From Octopus bimaculoides (lineage: Eukaryota): DNA of 39,932 bases. The position numbers and the translations under genes were made by a program. The notes beneath the pieces were generated by a model, which saw only the letters and a list, made by a program, of their open reading frames with translations, did not search any database and was not told the DNA's origin. The DNA is taken from the NCBI RefSeq assembly GCF_001194135.2, contig NC_068991.1:35458097-35498028 (forward strand), given 5' to 3'. The first letter of the stretch is position 1, and each line of letters starts with the position of its first letter. Below are positions 1 to 11,064 of this stretch, in pieces.

Positions 1-376
1 TATATGTATGTATATATATATGTATGTATATATATATGTATGTATATATATATGTATGTATATATATATGTATATATATATATATGTATATGTGTATATA
101 TATATATGTATATATATGTGTATATATATATGTGTATATGTATATATATATATATATGTGTATATGTATATATGTGTACATGTATACATATATGTATGTA
201 TATATATATATATATGTATATATTTGTATGTGTATATGTATATATGTGTACATGTATACATATATGTATGTATATATATATATATATGTATATATTTGTA
301 TATGTATATACATATATATATATATATATATGTACATACATATATGTGTCTATATATATGTATATATATATATATA
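1..376. repeat. Compound (TA)n/(TATG)n microsatellite
   Basis: Direct reading; source of the IYIY/VCVY pseudo-ORFs. Confidence 0.97.
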
Positions 377-714
377 TTGTTGTTGGCAACAGCTTTATCT
401 CTTATCTAAGAATTTAATTTCTTCTTTGCTGAACACTTCCTTGATAATGATGGCATTGATGACTCTGTAGATCAATTCTTGCACAGAAAACTCAATAGCA
501 TTGACTGCATTGCAGTGTTAGTGGAGTATGAGGTTGATGTTGTTGAGTGTTTTTCTCCTGACATTTGATTTCTTCCTTTTCTGTTCGGGTGGTTTTGAAG
601 TTTTCGGTTCTGTTGGTGATAGAACACAACTACTTGGTATGATCTTGGACTTGTGTTTCAGATGATTAGGCTGAAGTCTAGTGGCGACTTTCAGTATTGT
701 TTTGAGTTGGTCCT

Positions 715-715
<1 letters not shown>

Positions 716-798
<83 letters not shown>

Positions 799-800
799 TG
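716..800. repeat. (TA)n microsatellite
   Basis: Direct reading. Confidence 0.97.
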
Positions 801-864
801 TATTCTGATTGTGAGGTAAATATATATTTAGTCTAATTGTTTTTATATTCACTTTTATTTGCAG

Positions 865-985
865 AGATTTACGCAAAAGTAAAAGGCAAGGTCACAACTC
901 AGCTGAAATGATTGACCAGGAGAAAACTGAAGTCACATCTTCAACACGACTGAAAGAAGACCTTTGTGAGACCAACAGTGAAAAT
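865..985 (+). CDS. NEMF: NEMF exon (first in window): DLRKSKRQGHNSAEMIDQEKTEVTSSTRLKEDLCETNSEN
   Basis: Pyrimidine tract + cag acceptor, gtatgt donor, open frame ending in phase 0 that joins the next exon. Low-conservation linker, so support is mainly splice and phase logic. Confidence 0.75.
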
Positions 986-3900
986 GTATGTGGAAACCTT
1001 CTTATTAGTTTTAAATAACAGTATATATCTTAAATAAGAATTATTATGATCTCTTCAGAAAATATACATGTCTGAAGAATATGCTTCTAACTATAACAAT
1101 GAGTACAACAGTAATATTTGAACTGTAAACTCCACCTGTTATGTGATTTAAATTCAATTAGCCATAAAACTGCTTCTGTGAGGCTAAATATCTGTAAGCG
1201 TTAAGGTCCTGTTGATCATGAGATCAATCCTTACTTGCCATTACAGATGGTATTAGTTATGACTTCATAGGAGGTGATTGAAAGGGAGAATTTTACAGCT
1301 ATATATCATCATCACCATCATCATTTAACATCTGTTTTCCATGCTAACAAGTGTTGCATGGTTTAGCAGGAACTGGCCAGCTGGAGAGCTGTCTAGGTTC
1401 CAATTGTCTTTTTTGACATAGTTTCTATAGGTGGATGCCCTTTCTAATGCCAATCACTTTACAGAGTCTGGTGGGTGCCTTTTATGTGACACTGGTACAG
1501 ATGTATCCTACGTGGCACTGGCACAAGTGCATCCTACGTGGCACTGGCATGAGTGCATTTTACATGGCATCAGCATAAGTGCATTTTATGTGGCACCAGC
1601 ATATGGGAGAATTTTACATGGCACTAATATGAGTGCATTTTATGTGGTTCCAGCACTTGCAAGACAAAGACCTCTCAGCTGGGAGAAGGAATGGGGGCAT
1701 GGCCATAAAGGATATGCCTTTATGGATGGCTTCAATTTTACTTGATGTGTCTTTTCAAGTATACCAAATTGCCACAAGATTTACTACAACCTAGATAGAT
1801 AGCATTGCATCTTATTGGCCCAGCTACATGTGACTTTGATTTTGATAAGACAGAAACTTCCTACCTATTGTCAACATGTTAGTATTGATTTGATTTTATA
1901 GTGTCTATCTTGTGTTGGGTGTTACGTTTCTGAATGTTGCTATGAATTGACTTAGCATTCCAGCATTCAGGAGAATTGTGCATTCTGCTATATAACTAGG
2001 GAAACTGGTTACTAGATTACAGATATTGTAGTCATTAGTTCAAATCTTGCTGCACACAGTCATCATGTTCAACTTCAATAAAAGTCACATTACTTGCTTC
2101 AGTCTACTTGATTGGTAGTGTACACCACCGTTGATGTTTCACACTTGACTGATTAGCAGTAAGAGTGCTATCCATGTAGCTGCAAAAGCATTCGTTCTTG
2201 AAACAGATAATGTCCAATTCATATTAACATTAAAAAAGAGATATGTAACTAGAAAATGTGTGTGTGTGTGCTTTTCACTTTTTGCATGTAGAGTTGTGCG
2301 TTGTGTGAGAGATTTGAACTAATGACTACAATATAGTAACCAGCTTCCCTAGTTATATAGCAAGAGAGCCACATCAATATCATACAGTCTCTTCTCTTGT
2401 ACACCAGTGTACAAGTTCATTGTTAGTTGCTTCATTTCTGTGTTCAATACCTTTGGTCTCAAAGTCAATGGTTGGACATGAAGTTCTAATGGGTACTAAT
2501 TCCATGGTAGACTGTCCACCACTACTACATATTAATTGTCAATGATTGAAAACTGTGTTCTCAAATTTATAGTGATGATGTATGGAGTTAGAGCAATGTG
2601 CATTTGTGGCATAGTGACTGTGTAATGATGAAGACTAAGCTAATGGCCACAAAACGGTGGTATTTTCAACATTGCTGTACATCAATGTAAACATGTATCC
2701 CATACAAGACTTGATAATGTTTTTTATCTTTTATCTTGCTTTAGTCATTAGACTGTAGCCATGCCTTCAGGAATTTTAGTCAAACTAATCGACCCCTGTA
2801 CTTATTTTCTATTTAAGCCTGGTACTTATTCTATTTGTCTCTTTTGCTGAACTGCTAAGTTTATGGGGATGTAAACACATCAACACCAGTTGTCAAGCAG
2901 TAGTGAGGGATTAGGCATGCTTCAATAATTGTGAGGACACACATGTATGCTACTCATGTGGATTGCTTGCTAGATTCATTACTACACTCACACAGCACAT
3001 GACTCTACCTGTAAAGAGTGGAAGGTCTATCAGTGTCTATCACTAAAACACTAAAGACAGAAAAAGTAGGAAAAAGTGGAGACAAAAAAACAATGAAAAG
3101 CATGAAACCTTCCTTAAAATAAACAGTACCTATTTACAGTTAGATGGAAGTTAAATGTCTTGGCCAGGAACACAGTTCGTCACCCTGTTATTGATTTGAT
3201 CAAATAATTCATATCATTATTAGCAAAATAGATGTAAGAATACAACAAATACCTCTGTTAACTTTGAATGTTAGTATTGTTGTTGACATATTAATTAACA
3301 TGACTTTACTTTTAGTTTTATTTCTTTCTAATTTTAGCTACCATTAAGCACTGTTTCATCTGTGAAGCAAGAACCTTTAAAAAGAGGCAAAAGAGTAAGT
3401 TTTTATTTTGTTATTAGGTTGTCTGGTGATGCTGTGTGCTGTGATTTGGAGACAAAAAGTAGTTCCAACAGTTTGTTTAGGCCATCCTAGATACAGAAAC
3501 CAGAGTGGAAGATTGTTTGGTGGAGTGAGATATGTTGATAATGGCTGCAAGAAAGGCAATTTTGATACTTTTAGGTTAGAAGTATTATCTCTCTCAGGAG
3601 TTGGTAAGTTTAGAAGAAGAGAGTCAAATCCACAATGAAGTATTTATGACATGATTTTTGTTTTAGAGTGAATCAATTTCTCTATTTTACCAATAAATCT
3701 ACTGAAGTAAGGATTATCGTATCATTTTATCATGATTTCAAATCCTACAATAATTGATGGTTTTTAACTTATTACCTATGAATTATATATTTGTGGGTAG
3801 CTAATATGAAATTCTTGCAGTAAATATGGACTTTACTCTTTTGTTTATTTGGCCACTGAATTATGTGAAGCTTCATGCATCTATGCTTTATTCGTGTGCA

Positions 3901-6900
3901 GCTGCTAAACAAAATATGTCTCATTTTAGTGCAGCTTCTGAACAAAATATAAGTGGTCCTTAGTATATGAAACAAAGCCAAAATATTGTTCAAAACCAAA
4001 ATGTAGTTGTCACCTGTGAAAATTGTAACATTGAAGAAGTGTTCAACTCCTTGAAGAACAGCAATAGCTCACAGGACTTGAATCTATGACAGGTATTTTG
4101 TTGTGTATTTGGTTGGCATACTTAAATTCTATATGTCTTACTTTTCTTAGCTGTTAGAAGTTGGTACTGTGTTGTTCTGGAATGTTAACTGTGATAGTCT
4201 GACAGTCAGCCCAGAGAAAATATTCTTCATCTATAGAAATGAAGTGAAGTTCTGGTCCATTGATATCATGTTCAGAGATTTATAGTAGTAGTGAAATTTA
4301 AATGCTTAAAGTATGCATTATCAAACTGCTAGCTTATAGGCTATGGGTTTATATCTCACTGCTATCAGTTTGTAGCATCATTTTGTAAGATGCATTTCTC
4401 TAGTGAAATTAACTTCCAGTAAACTAGTTTTGTCGCATTTTCTTAGCGTTATTAGTCGATTGAGAGAATTGATATCTCTTTTTTACAAAATATTCTGGTG
4501 TAAAAGAGAGCAAAGCAAATTTAATTTTTTTTGCATGTAGGTTAGCTTTAATTAAGAAATAATCTGAAGGGAATAAAGAATGGTCAATGTTGTGGCTGAA
4601 TCTAAAGATTCAGCATGTGGTGACTCTACTGACAATATTAATATTACTAATTGTTTGACATTGTGGTACTTGCTGTTGATGGTGTGCTAAAGTTATATTC
4701 ACAACTAAATCATTTTATTTTTCCCAAAGAACAAGTTGAAGAAGATAAAAGAGAAATACAAAGACCAAGATGAGGAAGAACGTCTCCTCCGTATGGAATT
4801 GCTTGCTGTAAGTCAATATTTATGGTTATTTATTGTCCTACGTCTCATGATGCATGTCAGCAGCATTATCACTTAGCATTTAATTACCATCATTGTCGTC
4901 AATTCAGATAGCTACGGGAAGCTGCTAGGGACTGTGGTCAAACTCTAGCTGGAGAGGGTTGCTGCTGGATTTGGTTCCTTGCCATATCTCTGGAAAGGAT
5001 CAGAAGTGATTGTTGGAGAATTTCTACAACTTCACCAGCCCTGATTTCTGGCCTCTCTTATTCCCCCAATTGTAATCCTATCGATTGTTATGTGTGGGAT
5101 TTGGTTGAGAAAGATACCAACTGCTCAGCCTGCAACACCAAGACTGAGCTGGTGACCAAGATCAAGGAGGTATTTGAAGACCTTCTCAAGGAAAGCATGC
5201 ACTAACTTCTGGATCTGTCTTGAGGCTATGGTGGAAGTTGAGGGTGCCTACTTTGAGTAAACTATTACCTCCCAGCCATAATCTAGTTGATATTTTTTGA
5301 ATTTTAAAATATTTTTTTTTGGATTATTATGTTTTTTTTTCCTTTTATGCAAACTGTCAAATTTAGTCCAAACACCCTGTAGTGTTTGTACAATTATGTA
5401 AAGTGTCCTTCCTTTTTTAAGATGGTACAGTGAAATTTCAGAGACATTTAGCTAGTATTACTAGCAGATCAAATGACCAGATAGGAGATTCTTAAATTGG
5501 TTGAGAGCAACATTCATATCAAGTATTTCAAATATATCATATTTTATCACTTCTGAATGTACAAGCTTGGTTTGTGCAATACTTGTAGTTATTATATCTT
5601 TTAAACTGGACATACATATCCTAAGATGTAGTTCTGTTTCTAAAGATGCATTTGTGTTGGCAGTGGAGAGTGTTGGTACACAGTTCTGTCATTGTCAGCC
5701 AATCAGAGAATTATATTTGTTTCCTGTTTCTCACATTAACAGTCTTCTGGTCCAGCTAAAGAAAGCAAGAAGAAGAAAAAACAGAAAGATAGCACTCCAA
5801 AAACACAACAGAAATTGAGGGGTCATATTCCTGAGAAGTTGAAGATGTCCACTGAAAACCCTGTCATTAGGCAGACAGCTGAATTATCAGAGACCACAAG
5901 TAATTCACTCTTTTTCCTTAAGAAAGAAACTTTATATTTTCATTATTGAGGAGTACTTGTAGAATACAGTTAGATATGGCGGTGCTCCAGCATGGCTGCA
6001 GCCAAATGGCTGAAACAAGTAAAAGAATAAAAGGATGTAAATAACTCAAAAATGTTGAGGAATTTTAAAAGGCCTAATGTTTTATTTTAGTTACATGAAT
6101 TTAAGTGGGCGAGACATGTGTCTGGTTCTGGAGAAGACATCAGTTCTTCATAGATAACATTCCTATGTGATTTAGCAGCTTCTTTGATTCCAATTTGTTA
6201 GATGAATAGAAACACAGTGATTTAAATATATTGCTTTGTTACTAACAAATATGCCTGCAGTCTATATGAACTTATGATCTGTGTTGTGGAAGTTAAATGC
6301 ACATCATCTACTCAATTGTTTCTTTCTAACTGTAGAGTGATAAGCTCCTGGAAAACTGAGTTTACAACCTGTTTTTGAATTGTGGCAGCCAGTCTTTTCA
6401 TTTCACTCAAATCATTAAATAATTTGGTCATTAAAAAGTAAAAATAAAAATGAAGTCGATGTGGAAGAAATGTTTCTGTTGAATTACTACTGTTCACTAC
6501 TGGAGATACTGCAGTCTTTTATCATCTCTATGAAGCTTGATATCCTAAAATTAGCTCTTACTTTCTTCTATTTACATCTTTGGTCTTACTGTTTGCATTT
6601 TCTCTACCTTCTACAACTTGCTTTGTTTATTGAATAAATCTACAATCATTTGAAGCCATGATCATCCTGTCTTTTTAGGGGTTTCTAGGGATACATCATC
6701 TACTGTGTCCTTTGTTGTTTAAGATGGTGGCTTTCATTTGAGAGTGATTTGTCTCTTACAAATAGGTCAAGCAGCTACACGGAAGCTCTCTTGTTTTCTT
6801 GTGAAACCCTTTGTTACTTGTAGAGACAAAAGCTCCTCACAGTATTTTATTTCATATTTCATTTTATGTAATTTTTTTTCCATAATATATTGTTTAAATG

Positions 6901-9576
6901 AATATTGTTTAAATGAATATTGTCTCCTTCAATTAAACCCTTTTTTTCTTTTGTTTGTTTTCTCCTCTTTTAGATGAGACAAACACAGATGAGATGAAAA
7001 CAGTAAAAGGAAAATTACCAAATGATAACCAAGTGAGAGATTAATCATTTTTATGCTTTTCATTTTGATTCAGTTTAATAGATTTGTTGAAAGTCTTATA
7101 CGCTTTACCTTTTCCTTGTTTTAGTCATTGGAATGCGATCATGCTGGGGCATCACCTTAAAGTGTTTAGTTGAACAAAAACAACTCTAGTACTTATTTAA
7201 TTTTAAGCATGGCACTTATTCTATTGGTCTCTTTCTGGTGAACTACTAAGTGACAGGGATGTAAACAAGCCAATACTGATTACCAGGCAGTAGTAGTTGT
7301 TGGTGGTGGTGGGACACACACACACACACATGATGGGCTTCTTTCAGTTTCTTATTTCTTTATTGCCCACAAGGGGCTAAACATAGAGGGGACAAACAAG
7401 GACAGACAAAGGGATTAAGTCGGTTACATCGACCCCAGTGCGTAACTGGTACTTAATTTATCGACCCCAAGAGGATGAAAGCAAAGTCGACCTCGGCGGA
7501 ATTTGAACTCAGAACATAACGGCAGACGAAATACCACTAAGCATTTCGCCTGGCGTTCTAATGTTTTGCCAGCTCACCACCTTTCAGTTTCTGTCTACCA
7601 AATCATCTTACAAGGCTTTGGTTGGCCCAAAGCCATAGTAGTAGACACTTGCCCAAAATGCCACAAAAAGGGACTGAACCCGGAACCATGTGTTTGGGAA
7701 GTACACTTCTTACTACACAGCCATACCTACATCTTTACACAGCCTGCATTAATGGAAATTTTATTTGCTAATTTGGAAGATTAGCTTTCATTATGATCTT
7801 TATGACCACACATTTGTAGCAATGTTAAAATTTTATTCCAAGGACAATTTTTATACCTGTACATTCTGGGTCCTGCATGTACAAAAGAACAGTGGTTCTT
7901 ATCTCTAGACATTACAGTTATATTATTTAGTTGTTATTTTTGATTTGAAAGTTGCATCAATATTTATTTTGTTTAACTTATCAAAAAAAAAAAACCCAAA
8001 AAACCTCAAAGAAAATAATCTGCCTCTTGGAAGACAGGTGTGGCTGCTGTGTGACAGGATGTTTACTTCCCAGCTACATGGTTCTGGGTTCAGTCCCACT
8101 GCACAGTGCCTTGGGCAAATGTTTTCTACTATGGTCCCAAGTCAACCAAAGCCTTGTGAGTGAATCTTGTTGCCGGAAACTGAAAGAAGTGAACCCCAGA
8201 GTTTGGGGTTTAACTAGTAGTAACATTGAAAATCCCCCATATTGATGTGGTGATTAACTTTACTTGTTAGTATAGTTACTACTCTCATCTCTTATTGAGA
8301 TTTTACAACTAGCTACTTTGCTTGTTGCAAATCGTGACTGATGGTCACTTTGTTTACTACATATTGCTTGCTAGAGCAGACTCTGGCCATCTCTCTGGTG
8401 ACCAGGTGTTCGTGACTGAGGATGAGAAAACTAGCTCAAAACTGAATTGGTCTTGCAATCCGGTTATCTGCTGGAGGGTGGTAGGGCTTTGCTCTTTTGC
8501 TGGCAATATATATGTACAGGGTGAAATGCTGCACCTATAACCAGTTGGCAGAAGATCTACCTGGCGGTCTTGTAATAGTAACATTGAATAGCCATATTGA
8601 TGTGGTGATTAACTTTACTTGTTCGTATAGTTACTACTCTCATCTCTTATTGAGATTTTACTAGTATATACATATATATATATATATACACACACACACA
8701 AGATCGCCTTGATTGTATCGAGAACAATGAAAACTTTTTGAAAACTTCGCATAGGCTTCTGAGCAGGTATTGCTAAGTATTTGGCAAAATTTGATGCAGA
8801 TTCTCTGCTCGACTTTTTCTGTCATGGTCAATGCAATGATCATGTGCTGCACACTTCAAAGTAGTGCTGTGAGCAGCAGAACTGAGCTGGAATGTTAGGA
8901 CTTTGTGTGCATGTGTGGCATGCACACAGGGTCAATCTGTGCCAGGCGGCTTCACTCTGCGTGCTTTGGCTTCATTACAGTGGCAACGGTCCAGATACTT
9001 ATTGATCAGACAACGTATATATATATATATATATATATATCATGTTCCTTCCAGTTGAAGAGTGTAGACTCAAAATGTAAAAGACTTTCTCACCTTCCTG
9101 AGCGTCAAACTAATACATGTGTCTTCATCTTTTGTTTGTCTGTAAATTTCAACTATATATTGTACGCTCATGTGGTCGCACCAGTTTTATCCTACTTTAA
9201 TGTCCTACACTTTGGACTTACTACTACCTGAACTTTCTGCACCTCTCCTCATCTACATACCAGCATTCCACCTGGATTACCACTGGATATACATATGGAT
9301 TTCACTAGACTCTTCTGTTTATGAAAAATCATTCCAGTACACCACGATGTTTGAACCTTTTTGAACTTTTTTGTACTTTCTGTTTTTTCTTATTCTGTTT
9401 TCTCTTCATCCGTCCATGATTGACCACTAAATCCACAAGTCTTTTTTTCTCTCTCTGTTTATTTCCTCGTTTTCCTTTCTGTTGAAGAGAGTAGGCTTGA
9501 AACATAAAAGACTTTCTAATACATCTGCTTCTTGTTTATACACTGGTCTTTGTCTTCTGTCTTTCTGTAAATTTCA

Positions 9577-9613
<37 letters not shown>

Positions 9614-11011
9614 NNNNNNNNNNNNNNNNNNNNNNNNNNNNNNNNNNNNNNNNNNNNNNNNNNNNNNNNNNNNNNNNNNNNNNNNNNNNNNNNNNNNNNN
9701 NNNNNNNNNNNNNNNNNNNNNNNNNNNNNNNNNNNNNNNNNNNNNNNNNNNNNNNNNNNNNNNNNNNNNNNNNNNNNNNNNNNNNNNNNNNNNNNNNNNN
9801 NNNNNNNNNNNNNNNNNNNNNNNNNNNNNNNNNNNNNNNNNNNNNNNNNNNNNNNNNNNNNNNNNNNNNNNNNNNNNNNNNNNNNNNNNNNNNNNNNNNN
9901 NNNNNNNNNNNNNNNNNNNNNNNNNNNNNNNNNNNNNNNNNNNNNNNNNNNNNNNNNNNNNNNNNNNNNNNNNNNNNNNNNNNNNNNNNNNNNNNNNNNN
10001 NNNNNNNNNNNNNNNNNNNNNNNNNNNNNNNNNNNNNNNNNNNNNNNNNNNNNNNNNNNNNNNNNNNNNNNNNNNNNNNNNNNNNNNNNNNNNNNNNNNN
10101 NNNNNNNNNNNNNNNNNNNNNNNNNNNNNNNNNNNNNNNNNNNNNNNNNNNNNNNNNNNNNNNNNNNNNNNNNNNNNNNNNNNNNNNNNNNNNNNATTCG
10201 AGCGAGGGATTATATCTATCCAATATACTGCCGGTAGAATACCCAATTATTAATACACAAGTGTTTTTTATTGCATGGCAATTAAACAACTGAATGTAAT
10301 AAATGGGTGAGGGTAAAAAGTTGTTTCACCCTTAATTTATATGGCAATAAGAAAATGGCGGGGATCAAGAGGTGGTATTCATCAACTTTTAGACAAATTA
10401 TGTATATTTATTTACTTAAAAAAACCCAATTATAATAATATACATACATGTACAACATATTATGCTTTACATATATAAAAAATACCAGTAATTATTAAAA
10501 TATATAACATAGAACATAGAAAGTAGAATAGTAGAATAGTTTCTATGTTCTACGTTATATATTTTAATAATTACTGGTATTTTTTATATATGTAAAGCAT
10601 AATATGTTATACATGTATGTATATTGTTATAATTGGTTTTTTTAAAAAAATAAATAGACATAATATAATGTCTAAAAGTTGATGAACACCACCTCTTGAT
10701 CCCCGCCATTTTCTTATTGTTGTATATATGTGTATATATGTGTGCAAGAGAGACGATTGCGCTGGTATGGACAACAAAGAGGACAACAAAGGCTAAGGCA
10801 AGACAAACAGCTCAAGTCATGTACATTATTATTATTGGAAAAATTTAGTCTTACATCTGTTTCTTTCATTCTCTCTTCCTCTCTCTCCAACTACTGTCAT
10901 TTACTTCTCCTCCTTCTCTATCTAGGATTCTTTCTCTCTTATTATTTGTGTGTGTTTAGCTAAATACACTTCATCTCTAAAAATAGCTCTTTACTTCCTT
11001 AAAATTTTCAA

Positions 11012-11064
<53 letters not shown>

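Noticed and set aside
4-470. Long IYIY/VCMY ORFs (also 518-876, 18646-19125, 36767-37864)
   Set aside because: Translations of TA/TACA microsatellites, which lack stop codons in several frames.
1486-1656. Regularly spaced repeats as a CRISPR-like array
   Set aside because: Units are contiguous with no unique spacers, lie inside a LINE 3' UTR, and the context is eukaryotic.
8330-8450. Possible intronic C/D snoRNA (gatga...ctga)
   Set aside because: No canonical RUGAUGA box, no terminal stem and no recognisable rRNA antisense element.
9614-10195. Hidden NEMF exon in the gap
   Set aside because: Not required: exons ending 7032 and starting 11152 join in phase 0. A 3n exon cannot be strictly excluded.
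9482-10289. Long ORFs spanning N runs (also 30509-33349, 39037-39399)
   Set aside because: Their length is an artefact of X residues across assembly gaps.
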